Assembly (NCBI GenBank): GCA_963674745.2
Contig: CAXXDV010000001.1
Coordinates: 2,464,001-2,528,000 of the forward strand
Length of the DNA: 64,000 nt
Source: Desulfosudaceae bacterium
GTDB taxonomy: Bacteria; Desulfobacterota; Desulfobacteria; Desulfobacterales; Desulfosudaceae
Reading direction: 5' to 3'
Shown: one piece after another, positions 1 to 10,969 of the stretch
Position numbering within the stretch: position 1 is the first letter of the stretch
Layout: each line of letters opens with the position of its first letter
Notes under the pieces: model-generated
What the model was told of the DNA's origin: nothing
What the model saw: only the letters and a program-made list of their open reading frames with translations
Databases searched by the model: none
Made by a program: the position numbers and the translations under genes

Positions 1-1686
1 GGCTTTTTCCGGTGAGTCGGAGTGGATCCAGGAGTTCTGATTGCGGATATTGGCCATTTCGAACAGATACCTGTTCAGACCACATGCTTCCAGGGTTTCC
101 ATGAAAATCGGTTCGTGTGTTTTGGGTGAACAGGAGGCCACTACCACACGATTTAACCTGTTCTCCTTGATAATCTCCTTCATGTTGTCCTGCACATCCT
201 GGGAACAGGTGAACAGGTTGGTGTCGCAATACGTGACGTAAGGGAGGTCTTTGGCGTATTCGACGACTTTGGGGACGTCTACCACACCGGCGATGTTGAT
301 ACCGCATTTACAGACAAAGACCCCGATCCTGGGCTCTTCTCCGGAAATGTCGGTTTCCTGAGGTACTTCTTCGGTCAGGGTGCAGGTGTCCCGGGCCGGT
401 GACAGGGTTACGCCGGCACGGCATGCAGCCGCGCTGGCCTGGGTGACAGAATCGGGAATATCTTTGGGCCCCTGGAATGCGCCGCAGACATATATGCCGG
501 GCCGGGACGTCTCCACCGGCGTGAATGCACCGGTTTCGGCAAAATTATACTTGTTCAGGTTTATGCCGAGCCTTTCCGCCATTTCTACGGTAGACTCGGA
601 GGGCGTCAGCCCCACGGACAGAACCACCATATCGAAGTCTTCTTCGCAGATATCACCGGCTTCATTGGTGTAGCGCATTCTCAAGTCGCCGGTATCGTCA
701 ATCGGGACAACGGTATGAACTCTCGCCCGTTCAAAGCGAATACCCTGGCTTTTGGCCCGGTTGTAATAGGCCTCATATTCTTTGCCGAAGGTTCGCATAT
801 CCATATTAAATACGGTACATTCAAGCTCTCCCTCGGCATGTTCTTTGGCGATCATGGCATCTTTGGTGGCATACATGCAGCAGACCGAAGAACAGTAGCC
901 ATTGCCGCAACGGTTCATGTCTCTGGAACCAACACATTGCAGCCAGGCGATCTTTTTCGGCAGCTTCAGGTCAAGCGGGCGCTGCAGATGCCCTTGATAA
1001 GGACCGGTCGCGCTCAGTATCCGCTCAAATTCGAGGCTGGTGAGGATATTCGGTGATTGTCCGTATCCGTAAAAATCCAAACGGGAAGGATCAAACGGCG
1101 TGGTGCCGGCGGCAATGATGACCGAACCGGCCTCGACTTCAGTTTTGTTGACGGTATCGCTGTATTTAATGGCTTCGGCGATACAGACTTTTTCACATAA
1201 TCCGCAGCCGATACACAGTTCCGGGTCAATGGCATAGGAGAGCGGGACTGACTGGGCATATCTGATATAGGTCGCGGAACGGGTGTTAAGACTGCAGTTG
1301 AATTCATCCGGTCCTTTAACCGGACAGGCCCGGGCACATTCTCCGCAGCCGGTACATTTGACGGGATCAATGAATCGCGGCCGGTTAATCAGGGAAACCT
1401 GAAAGTTGCCCGGTTCGCCGGATATGGAATCCACTTCAGTATTGGTGATAATGTTGATGTTCAGGTGCCGGCCGACCTCGACCAGTTTGGGTGAAATCAC
1501 TCACATGGTACAATCGTTGGTCGGAAACGTTTTATCCAGCTGGGCCATCAAACCGCCCACAGTGGGTGACCGGTCCACCAGGTTCACATAATAGCCGGAA
1601 TTGGCCAGGTCAATAGACGCCTGCATGCCGGCAATACCCGCGCCGACCACGACCACGCTGCCTTTGGTTTCAGTACTGTCAGTCAT
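1..1686 (-). CDS. hdrA: HdrA-like heterodisulfide reductase flavoprotein (selenoprotein; C-terminal part runs off left edge)
   Basis: N-terminal GAGIAG FAD motif and [12 protein letters not shown], then in-frame TGA (1501-1503). The frame continues [14 protein letters not shown]...[12 protein letters not shown]...WLQCVGSRD...CSSVCCMY...GVFVCKCG. AGGA lies upstream of ATG 1686 (alternative start 1692). Confidence 0.92.
1468..1485 (-). promoter_or_regulatory. Bacterial SECIS-like hairpin (hdrA copy 1)
   Basis: CUGGUCG-AGGU-CGGCCGG stem-loop starting 16 nt after the UGA; identical in all three hdrA paralogs. Confidence 0.8.
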
Positions 1687-1753
1687 AGCCATCCTGTTAA
1701 ATAGAGTTCATATGTTTGGTATTCACAATCAATCAAATCTCGATTTCATCCAG

Positions 1754-2515
1754 TCAAGCGGCGGTACGTACGAATTTCGGGTGTTCACCGTCATATCCTT
1801 CCAGTTCCGCCAGCCCGCCTTTTTCAAGTTCAACCAGGCAGTTTGAGATCGTATGCAGATCAAGCCCGGTTTTTTCAGCCAGTTGTCTGACCTGCTGGCC
1901 TTCTGTTTCGGCCAGGGAGACCAGTATCAGTGATTTATTGTACTCATTCCTGATGGCCTCATGCAGCAGCTCCTGATAGTTATCCGGATCAATTTGTTTC
2001 CCGTAAACATTCTGCTGCTCAACCAGTTCTTTTTCCATGCCTGTCAACCAGCGTACCCGCGGCGTTTCAAACGTCCGGCGGATGGCCGCCAGAACCACGC
2101 CATGGGCCTCGACATCAAATTTTCCCAGACCGGCTATGGTATCACTGGCCTCTTGAACATAGTCGGCGAATAATTTACCTTCCGCGGAACTGACCCATCG
2201 AAGTTGCAGTCGCTCGCTGCCGATGCCTGAAAGGTCGAGCAGAAAAGCCAGGGCCGTGATTCTTTTTTGGGCGTAAAGATTACCATCCTGGTAATGACAT
2301 TCACCCGGATGTCACCCGGCCACGAATACGCCGTCATAGCCGTCGATCAGACCGTCGATAATAAATAGCGGATCGACCCGGCCGGTACACATCACGCGTA
2401 CCGGTCGAATGGCTGAGGCATACTGGAAACGGGACACACCGGCCAGGTCCGCGCCGGCATAAGCGCACCAGTTGCAAAGGAACCCCACGATTTTCGGTTG
2501 ATACGTTTCGTTCAT
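1754..2515 (-). CDS. mvhD: MvhD-like [2Fe-2S] subunit (selenoprotein) with C-terminal extension ending in a winged-helix-like domain
   Basis: FLCNWCAYAGADLAG...VMCTGRVDP...VFVAG-TGA-HPGECHY. The frame is open through 2311-2099 and joins ORF 1754..2098 (253 aa total). Confidence 0.9.
2279..2295 (-). promoter_or_regulatory. Bacterial SECIS-like hairpin (mvhD copy 1)
   Basis: AUUACCA-GGA-UGGUAAU perfect 7-bp stem; loop GG at +24/+25 from the UGA. Confidence 0.8.
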
Positions 2516-2551
2516 CTTCTTCCTTCTTTTGGGTTAGGGGTTAATTTTTAA

Positions 2552-5500
2552 TTAATTCCCTGCTGCTACGGCGACGGTTATCTGCAGGTCGCTGAAATGT
2601 TTCATGTCGATGGCTTTCTGCGGACAGGCGGCGGCGCATATCCCGCAACCCTTGCAGAGAGCGGAAATGTTTTCCGCCCGAAAACCAAGCCCTTCAACCT
2701 TTTTCAATCGGATTGCGCCAAAAGAACAGGAGATTTCACATAAACCGCAACCAATACAAAGGTCTTCGTTTACCTGAGAAACAATCGGCGTAATTTCCAT
2801 TTTTTCGCGGGAGAGAACGGTAACCGCGCGTGCCGAGGCCGCCTGGGCCTGGGCGATGGACTCTTCGAGAAATTTAGGATAGTGGGCCAGTCCGCAGATA
2901 AACACACCATCCGTGGCGCAGTCCACCGGTCGAAGTTTGGCGTGGGCCTCGGCCAGGAAGTCTTCGGCATTGGTCGAGACTTTAAACATCCGGGCAATGT
3001 CTGAATGATCGGCCGGTGTGATGGCGGTCGCCAGGTTGACCAGGTCGGCTGCAATTTCAATATTCATACCCAGAATCGGGTCGAACACGGTTACGGCAAG
3101 ACTTTCGCCGGTTTCTTCAACCCGGGGCTTTCGGTCCGTGGTATAGCGGATGAAAATGACGCCCAGTTCCCTGGCTTTTTTATAAAGCAGCTCTTTCTCC
3201 CCGTAAGTCCGGATATCCCGGTAGAGTATATAGACCTGCCTTTCCGGATTCTGCTCTTTTAAGAAAATGGCGTTTTCAACGGAAGCGGTACAGCATATTT
3301 TTGAACAGTATGGCCTGTTCTCATCTCTTGAACCGACACACTGAATAAATACCACGCTCTGTGCGTCGGCCAGGGCGGGATGATCGTGGAAATCATGCCA
3401 GCGGGTGACGCGGTCGCTTTTACCATACAGGTATTCTTCGGTATCTGCCGCCGATCCCCCGGTGGCAAGAATGGCCGCGCCGTGCCGGATTGTTCTGTTG
3501 CCGTCGCCGTTTGCCACTTCGGTGTCAAAATTACCGATGAAGCCGGATACACTGGTGATCCGCGTTGCGGTCATGACTTCGACGTCCGGATGCGCCGAAA
3601 CGTTTTCAATCAATTTGTCCAGATGGTTCCGGACAGCCTGGTTTTTATGGCCGGTCGCCGCTCCGCCTAATTGTTCAGACCGTTCAATTATTACGGCCGG
3701 AAAGCCCTGGTCGGCCAGGCTTATGGCCGCTGTCATCCCCGCAATGCCGCCGCCGATCACCAGCACATGCTTGTCGATGTCGACCGTGGAAGCGGATAGC
3801 GATTCCAAACGGTTGGCCCGGGCCACCGACATGGCCAGCAAATCTTTGGCTTTTTCCGTGGCCGTTTCTTTCTCGTTCGAGTGGACCCAGGTGCACTGGT
3901 TCCGGATATTGGCCATATCGAACAGAAAGGGATTCAGGCCGGCGTTTCTGAGGGTTTCCTGGAACAGCGGCTCATGCGTTCTGGGCGTGCAGGCGGCCAC
4001 GACGACCCGGTTTAAGCCCTTTTCGCTGATTATTTTGGTCATCACGTCCTGGGTGTCCTGGCTGCAGGTAAACAGGTTTTCCTGGGCGTAGGCGACTCCC
4101 GGCAGTGTTTTCGCGTATTCGACGATTTGCGGTACATCCGCTATGCCGCCGATATTGGAACCGCAGTTGCACACGAATACGCCGATTTTCGGTTCATCTC
4201 CGGACACGTCCGATTCCCGGGGGAATTCTTTCTGCCGCGTCAGGGAGCCCCGGGCCGGGGCCAGCATCCTTGCGGCGCTTTCGGCGGCGGCACTGGCTTC
4301 TACCACTGATTCCGGGATGTCCTTGCAGCCCCGGGCCACGCCGGCCACATAAATACCCGGCCGGGATGTCGCCGTCGGAAGCAAAAGGTCTGTTTTAACA
4401 AATCCGGAGTTGTTTAATTCAACGTCGATGCTTGCGGCCAGTTGCACGGTCGCCTTCGATGCTTCCATGCCCACAGACAGCACCGCCAGATCAAATTCTT
4501 CTTCAACAATCTGTCCGGATTCGTCGATATATCTGAATCGCAGGGTGCCGTCCGGTTTCTCGGTGATGGTATGGACTCTGGAGCGGACGAAACGGACGCC
4601 TTCCGTCTTGGCCCGCTCGTAATATTTTTCAAAATCCTTTCCGTAGGTACGGATATCCATGAAGAAAATGGATGCCTCGAAGTCCCCGTGAATATGCTCT
4701 TTGGCAAGCATGGCCTCTTTGAGGGCGTACATGCAGCAGACGGATGAACAGTACTGGTTGTCGCACCGGTTTAAATCTCGGGACCCGACGCACTGGAGCC
4801 AGGCGATTTTTGACGGTTCCTTTCCGTCGGAAATGCGCTTGATGACCCCCTTGGTGGGGCCGCCGGCCGACAGCAGTCTTTCAAATTCGATACTGGTGAC
4901 GACATTGGCGTAGCTGGCGTACTGGTAATTGTCAAGATGTGACGGGTCAAACGGTTTAAGCCCGGTGGTCATGATGACCGCCCCGACGTTCAGTTTAAGA
5001 TCAGCGCCGGTGTCGTCAAACCGGATGGCTTCCGTGGGACAGAACTTTTCGCAGGCTTTGCACCTCCCGTTTTTAAAATAGATACAACTATCGGCGTCAA
5101 TTGCATATTTCAGGGGTACTGCCTGGGGGTAGGGCACATATATGGCCTTGCGGATATCAATGCCTTCATTGTATTCGTTGACGACTTTCTTGGGGCATTT
5201 CTCCGCGCATGCGCCGCAGGCGATACATTTTTCCATGTCCACGTATCTCGGAGACTGCCTGACAGTGACGGTAAAATCGCCTGCTTTTCCGTCAATGGAT
5301 ATCACTTCGGATAAGGTGAGTAACTCGATGTTCAGGTGCCGGCCGACCTCGACCAGTTTAGGTGAAATAATTCACATGGCGCAGTCGTTGGTGGGAAAGG
5401 TCTTGTCCAGCTGTGCCATGACACCGCCAATGGCCGGGGAAGATTCCACCAGGTAAACAAAGTATCCGGAGTTGGCCAGATCCAGGGCGGATTGCATACC

Positions 5501-5584
5501 GGTAATACCGCCGCCGATGACCATGACCGCTCCTGTAAACACTGTTCCGGGCGGGGCGGACTGCGCTTGCTGCTCTGTGCTCAT
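2552..5584 (-). CDS. hdrA: Large HdrA-like flavoprotein with two FAD modules (selenoprotein)
   Basis: ORF 5372..5584 ends [12 protein letters not shown] and is in frame with ORF 2552..5305 via [18 protein letters not shown]. Two GGGxxG motifs, ferredoxin CxxCxxCxxxCP motifs and two QCVGSR motifs. Confidence 0.93.
5339..5356 (-). promoter_or_regulatory. Bacterial SECIS-like hairpin (hdrA copy 2)
   Basis: Same 18-nt stem-loop, 16 nt after the UGA at 5372-5374. Confidence 0.8.
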
Positions 5585-5644
5585 AGGTCTTTCCTTGTTT
5601 TAGCGTTGCCGAAGGCTTTATTCGAGGTTCTGTCTGTTTATGGG

Positions 5645-6517
5645 CTATCCGATGGTGCCCAGTAATTCGGGAAGCTTGTCTTCCCAACCCATGGTGGATA
5701 TACAAACACCACAAAAGTTTTCTTTTTTTAAGGCGGCGATAAGTTCTTTGGCGATTAATACGCATTCACGTGTTTTATCTCCCGCCTTCTGGATTCGTTG
5801 GATCATATCTTTGGGGATTGTAATGTGATCCATGTTTCTATCCATGTATCGCGCCATACCTACGGATTTTAACAGCAGGACCGTAGGGATAATATAGGTG
5901 TGTGTGATGTCAATCTGGTTCAGAAAAGGTTTGAGGGCTGAAATGTCAAAGACGGGCGGGGTGATAAAGAAGCGCGCGCCGCGTTTCTTTTTGTTCTCCA
6001 TTTCCTGAATCTCTTTATCCAGATGGTATTCTTTAACGGATGGGGAAATGGTTGAACCGACAAAAAAATCAGGCCAGCCGTATAGCTCGATACCGGCCAT
6101 GTCACGGCCTGTATTGAGCTGCTGGATCACATCCAGAAGTTGGTCCAGATCAATGTCGTGAACCGGTTTTGCCTGGTGGTGGTCACCGACACTGGGGTCA
6201 TCCCCGGTCACCGCCATGATGTTATTGACGCCACAGGCATAAGCGGAAAGCAGGTCGGCTTGAAGTGCCAGGCGGTTTCTATCCCGGCAGTTGGCCTGGA
6301 TAATGGTTTCCAGCCCTCTCTGTCGAAGGACAAGGGCGCCCCCCAGGGAACTCATGCGCATAACAGCATTACTCATTTCAGGAATTAAAAAAGCGTCTAC
6401 TGCGCCTTTTACCCTGGTAGCCGTGGCCACCATTTTTGACGCGTCAGCGCCTTTGGGGGGGTCCATTTCAGCAAGAATAACGAAATTTCCCGAATCAAGC
6501 CGATCCTTTAATCGCAT
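5645..6517 (-). CDS. Methylenetetrahydrofolate reductase (MetF)-family protein, divergent
   Basis: AEMDPPKG, CRDRNRLALQADL, AVTGDDP and FFITPPVFD motifs; GGAGG upstream of ATG 6517. Confidence 0.85.
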   Translation of the reverse strand: MRLKDRLDSGNFVILAEMDPPKGADASKMVATATRVKGAVDAFLIPEMSNAVMRMSSLGGALVLRQRGLETIIQANCRDRNRLALQADLLSAYACGVNNIMAVTGDDPSVGDHHQAKPVHDIDLDQLLDVIQQLNTGRDMAGIELYGWPDFFVGSTISPSVKEYHLDKEIQEMENKKKRGARFFITPPVFDISALKPFLNQIDITHTYIIPTVLLLKSVGMARYMDRNMDHITIPKDMIQRIQKAGDKTRECVLIAKELIAALKKENFCGVCISTMGWEDKLPELLGTIG

Positions 6518-6757
6518 CCGCATTCCTCCCGGTCGGTTAATTGTTTTTGACACGCTGTCTATTGCCGGACATTAATGCGCAGGGAAACGGCACGGGTACC
6601 CCGGGCAAACGACAATGAATGTACGACGGTGGTTTATTCTGTCTGTTGAATACAATGGAATTTTTAGGCACTGAAAGCTTCCTGGTCACGTTCGGGCCAG
6701 CTATACGATCTTACATTGTCCTGAGTAAAATCGTCCCCCTCTTCAGCATTCCCGATT

Positions 6758-6786
6758 TAATACTTGTCATGGGATGTTTTTGTCAA
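6758..6786 (-). promoter_or_regulatory. Putative sigma70 promoter for metF-like/hdrA operon
   Basis: Perfect TTGACA (6781-6786) with an AT-rich -10 candidate 17-18 bp downstream. Confidence 0.4.
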
Positions 6787-7159
6787 CATTAAATTTTTAA
6801 GGTCTTAAGGGCCAACGGACCGTCCTGCGTCTGCAGCCTGTGATAAAATATTATGCAGAACTTTTATGCCTGCGTCAAGCTTTTCATACCATTTTTATAT
6901 AGAATATAGAATTTCTTGTTTTATTACAGTGAGTTGTACGGTTTTGTGGGGGCATTCTCGAATCCGTCATACGCCTTTTTTTTATTTTTCAGGGAAAAAA
7001 TTATTCAATCGTGAGGGGTTCGGCTCTGGAACGGGATTCTTTGTGCCTGGTGGATTTAACCGTGCTTGTATAGTTTATATGTTATCCGGCAGCAAAAGGG
7101 CAGCAGCGGCGTCATTAGCGTTTTGAACATCAGTGCCCTTTGAGCGTATCTGATCTCAC

Positions 7160-8038
7160 TTATCTGAGTTTGGCGGCATTCAGATATTCAGGAAGTTTGT
7201 CTTCACCGCCGATGGTAATGATATGCACTCCCTGGCAGAGGTCCTTGAGCCCCTTAACGGTCTCGGCAAACAGCTCTATGCTGGCCTTGGTCTTGTCCGG
7301 GGATTTGAGCAGTTTCTGAATGACCCAGTCCGGTACCAGGCCGGACCTGAAATGCCGGTTTAAAAACTTTCCCATGCCAGCTGTTTTTAATATCATCACT
7401 TCAGCGATGACCGGCACCTTGAATGTATTGACCTGCTTCATGAACCGGTCAAACTGGTCCAGGTCAAAGATCGGAGTGGTCAAAAAATATCCGGCGCCGA
7501 CATTCATCATATCTTCCATCTCTTCCATGCCGCGCTTGGGGACATTTTTACCCCAGGGCGTTTCCACGCCTGAGCCCAGCACAAAGTCGATCTTGTTTTG
7601 CAGCTCTTTGCCGTCTATGGTATGTCCGGCTTTAAGGTGTTCCAGGACGGAGGCCAGTTTTCCCGAATCCACATGGAAAAACATGTCCTCCTGAAGGCTG
7701 TCTCCGGAGATACGATAGTCTTCGGTAAAAACCAGCAGATTTTCCACACCCGCTTCACTGGCCTGGGTCAGGTCTTTTTGAAGCTGGAGTCGGTTCTTGT
7801 CCCGGGTGGTGGTCTGGTAAATCGCGTTAAAACGGTTCTGTTTCAAAAGATCGCACGTCTTAATCGTGTCTCCGACAATGCCTTCCAGCTCAATTTCGGA
7901 CACGGACACGCCGTCGATACGGCCTCTGATTTTCTTAAGATTCTCGATAAGTGTTTCCGGACTGTCTTCACCAAGAGGCGCCTGAACTTCAGAAGTAACG
8001 ACGAATTGGTTTTTTTTCAGCGAATCCCGTAAATCCAT
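7160..8038 (-). CDS. Second MetF-family protein, more divergent
   Basis: VVTSEVQAP, TTRDKNRLQLQKDL, VFTEDY and YFLTTPIFD; colinear with the neighbouring MetF-like ORF. Confidence 0.8.
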   Translation of the reverse strand: MDLRDSLKKNQFVVTSEVQAPLGEDSPETLIENLKKIRGRIDGVSVSEIELEGIVGDTIKTCDLLKQNRFNAIYQTTTRDKNRLQLQKDLTQASEAGVENLLVFTEDYRISGDSLQEDMFFHVDSGKLASVLEHLKAGHTIDGKELQNKIDFVLGSGVETPWGKNVPKRGMEEMEDMMNVGAGYFLTTPIFDLDQFDRFMKQVNTFKVPVIAEVMILKTAGMGKFLNRHFRSGLVPDWVIQKLLKSPDKTKASIELFAETVKGLKDLCQGVHIITIGGEDKLPEYLNAAKLR

Positions 8039-8047
8039 AACAGCCTC

Positions 8048-8623
8048 CTATCCTTTCATTCCCAGCAATTTGGCCACTTCTTCCTTCAACTTCGCCAGGG
8101 GTAACGGTTTGGAAAAACAGACGTCCGCGCCATTTTCCTCCATCTGTTTGAATTTTTCTTCATCAAGGTAGGCGGAGAGGACAATGATTTTGATGTGCTT
8201 GGTGTCATCACTTTCCTTGATTTTTTTGCACACTTCGTAACCTTTGATGTCCGGCATCATGATGTCGAGGATCAGCAGGTCGGGGTTGAAGTGATTGATC
8301 TGCAGGCCCGCCTCAAAGCCATCGGCCGCCGATATGACCTCATAATTGTATTCGTCCTCCTCCAGTGCCTGAACGATTGATTCGACGATGATCAGGTCAT
8401 CGTCCACTACAAGGATCTTCTTGTGATTTCGTATCTCCTCTTTTTCAGGAATAGGAATGCCCTGGTTCTTCATAAAGCTTTCCAGATCATCCTTTTTGAT
8501 GCGCCGGTGCCCCCCAATGGTCCGGTAGGCTTTGATATGCCCGGCATCGACCCAGTTGATAATGGTTTTGGGCGAAACATTGCAGTATTTGCTGGCGGTG
8601 AATACAGTCAACGTATCTTCCAT
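8048..8623 (-). CDS. Response regulator with N-terminal excisionase/MerR-like HTH and C-terminal receiver
   Basis: LTVFTASKYCNVSPKTIINWVDAGHIKAYRTIGGHRRI (HTH_17-type), then VVDDD...LDIMMP...SKP receiver. Confidence 0.9.
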   Translation of the reverse strand: MEDTLTVFTASKYCNVSPKTIINWVDAGHIKAYRTIGGHRRIKKDDLESFMKNQGIPIPEKEEIRNHKKILVVDDDLIIVESIVQALEEDEYNYEVISAADGFEAGLQINHFNPDLLILDIMMPDIKGYEVCKKIKESDDTKHIKIIVLSAYLDEEKFKQMEENGADVCFSKPLPLAKLKEEVAKLLGMKG

Positions 8624-8670
8624 GGCCTCTCTCCCTCTTAGTTAACGATTGCCGTCTTTGAAACTTTATT

Positions 8671-8750
8671 TATTATAGTTATTATAGTATTTACAGGAAT
8701 AAAAAATGTCAATAAAAAAAATAATAACTATAATAACTATAATAACTATA
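8671..8750. repeat. Two oppositely oriented arrays of a 9-bp repeat (ATAATAACT)
   Basis: (ATAATAACT)x3+ATA at 8721-8750 and (TATTATAGT)x2 at 8671-8688. Confidence 0.85.
8684..8712 (-). promoter_or_regulatory. sigma70 promoter of the HTH response regulator
   Basis: TTGACA-17 bp-TACTAT on the minus strand. Confidence 0.65.
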
Positions 8751-8889
8751 CCTGGCGGAGCGACAAATTTTTCTGATAATCATTTGAAACTAAAGGAATA
8801 TGGCCAAAATCTTCACGCCTTACCGAATATTTCATGATATATCGGGCCAGAGTGAAACGGGAGAACCGCGGCTAGAACAATATGAGTGA

Positions 8890-10719
8890 TCAGGCGTTTT
8901 TACTGCAAGGCAAGGTAATGATAAACGTGGCCCCTTCGCCCGGTTTGCTGACCACTTGTATATCACCGTCGTGGTCTTTAATAAAACCGTAACAAACCGA
9001 TAAGCCCAGCCCGACGCCTTTGACGCTGTCTTTTTTGGTGGTAAAAAAAGAGTCAAAGATTTTTTCAATATACTCTTGTTTAATGCCCGGGCCGGTATCG
9101 GAAATGGTAATAACCAGACTACCGCTTTTGGGGGCCGTTGAAACCGTCAATGTTCCGCCATCGGGCATAGCATCCATGGCATTGGAAAAGATATTGATAA
9201 AGACCTGGCGGAGCTGATCTCTTGAGGCATAAACCTCTCCAGGCGCCTCAACAAACGCGGATTTGACTTTAATGCTGTTCTCTTTAAACCGCTTTTCATA
9301 AAAGAGAAGGAGTTCCTCAAGAACCGTGTTGATATTCAGGTTGGCTTTCTTGACCTCATCCGGCGTTGAAAACGAGAGCATCTTCTTGAGCATATCCGCC
9401 AGTCGCTCAACTTCTGAAAGTGACATGTCCAGCAGTTTTCGTCGCTTGTTGGTCGGGGGGATTTCGGTTTTTAACAACTCCAGTGTATTCATAATCCCGT
9501 AAAGGGGATTGTTGAGTTCATGGGCGATTTGAGACGTCAGGCGACCCATGGCGGCCAGTTTTTCAGAATGGAGTAATTGCTGGCGGGTCTGGCTGAGCGT
9601 GCGTTCAATTGTCAACCAATCACCGAGATCAACAAAAATACCCACCGTAGCAATCTCTTGTCCCTGTTCATCATATATTATTCCGGCTGATAAATTGCCC
9701 TCAATTTCCTCTCCGTTTTTGCTCTTCACAAGCAGCGGATATGATTTCAACACGCCTTTCCCGCCATAATCATCACTTCTTAACATTTTCATTACGGTGC
9801 GGGCCATACCCTTGGGGTAAACCTCTTCAACACTCATCTGCCCCACGACGTTTTCGGCTTTATATCCCAGAATCTTCTCCGCCCCGTTATTCCAGATAAT
9901 CAGTCCGCCTTTCAGGTTGGCCGCCATAATGGCGTTGGGCGAACATTGAATGGTCTTATCTAAAAAATCGAGCGCTTCTTTCATGATGTTTTCCATTTTT
10001 TTCCGCTCTGACTGATCGACGACGATCCCTTCATACCCGACAATGTTTCCTTCAGCGTCATAGCGGACATTACTGGTTAAAAGCACCTGGATAGTCGTGC
10101 CGTCTTTTTTCTTCCATTCAATTTCGTAGTCAACAACACTGCCTTTTTTTTCCACAATTTTCTGGTATTCTTTTCTGTCCTCAGGCTTAAGGTAAATATC
10201 TTTGGCAAGGTCCAAAGCCAGAAAAGCGTCTTTTTCATCATACCCCATCATCCTTAACAAGGCCGGGTTTACATCCAGAAATCTTCCTTCTTTACTGCTG
10301 ATGAAAACACCGCATCCGGCATGCTCGAATAATCGTTTATAATTTTCTTCCGACGATTTTAAACGTGCTTCCTGCTTTTTACTGTCTGTAATATCCCTGT
10401 AAATAGACAGTTTGGACATGGAACCGTCCTTATTGGAAACGGGCAGTTCCACTAAATGAAAGGTTCTGTCAACCTTGGGGACATAGATCTCACTGTCGTT
10501 TTCAACCCCGGTCTTCAGGATTTGTTCATACTTACACCAGGGGCAAACGTCATTTCGGTCATTCAGTACCTTAAAACATTTTTCTCCCACGCCTACCCCG
10601 AACAACTGGATCATGGCCTTGTTCATGTATTCAACAATATAGTCTTCGCCAACAATATAGATACCATCTTCAAGGGCATCCATGGCATCAATCAACCGGT
10701 TCATGCTGTGTGCGGCCAT
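8890..10719 (-). CDS. Cytoplasmic multi-PAS sensor histidine kinase
   Basis: Three PAS-like segments, H-box SEKLAAMGRLTSQIAHELNNPL and HATPase DTGPG/GVGLGL; GGAGG before ATG 10719. Confidence 0.92.
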   Translation of the reverse strand: MAAHSMNRLIDAMDALEDGIYIVGEDYIVEYMNKAMIQLFGVGVGEKCFKVLNDRNDVCPWCKYEQILKTGVENDSEIYVPKVDRTFHLVELPVSNKDGSMSKLSIYRDITDSKKQEARLKSSEENYKRLFEHAGCGVFISSKEGRFLDVNPALLRMMGYDEKDAFLALDLAKDIYLKPEDRKEYQKIVEKKGSVVDYEIEWKKKDGTTIQVLLTSNVRYDAEGNIVGYEGIVVDQSERKKMENIMKEALDFLDKTIQCSPNAIMAANLKGGLIIWNNGAEKILGYKAENVVGQMSVEEVYPKGMARTVMKMLRSDDYGGKGVLKSYPLLVKSKNGEEIEGNLSAGIIYDEQGQEIATVGIFVDLGDWLTIERTLSQTRQQLLHSEKLAAMGRLTSQIAHELNNPLYGIMNTLELLKTEIPPTNKRRKLLDMSLSEVERLADMLKKMLSFSTPDEVKKANLNINTVLEELLLFYEKRFKENSIKVKSAFVEAPGEVYASRDQLRQVFINIFSNAMDAMPDGGTLTVSTAPKSGSLVITISDTGPGIKQEYIEKIFDSFFTTKKDSVKGVGLGLSVCYGFIKDHDGDIQVVSKPGEGATFIITLPCSKNA

Positions 10720-10969
10720 GAAACAGTCCTCCATAATTGAATTTAAAATGAAATTGGTGATTAAAGAAATAGGGCGCCCGTGAGCAATTTGTCAAGGGGC
10801 TTCAGCCACATTTATTCGTATCGCCGGACGCCCGGGCAGCCGGCAGGCAAAACACCATCATGTTTTTTGCCTTTTGATCGGCAAAGGGTCGGTGCGAAGA
10901 TACCTGCGGCTGTCTGGGCCCGGCTTCTTGGCCCCCAGGAGCATGTGTATGGCTATGCATGGGTATTGT

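Noticed and set aside
6650..6750. SAM-I riboswitch-like words (AAGAG, CTGGCCCGA, GTGCC, AATTCC) upstream of a metF-like gene
   Set aside because: The P1 helix (TTATC/GATRA) and the spacing do not fit and no terminator is evident; probably coincidental.
6866..7126. 86-aa plus-strand ORF between the metF-like genes
   Set aside because: AT-rich intergenic composition, no RBS and no recognisable motif.
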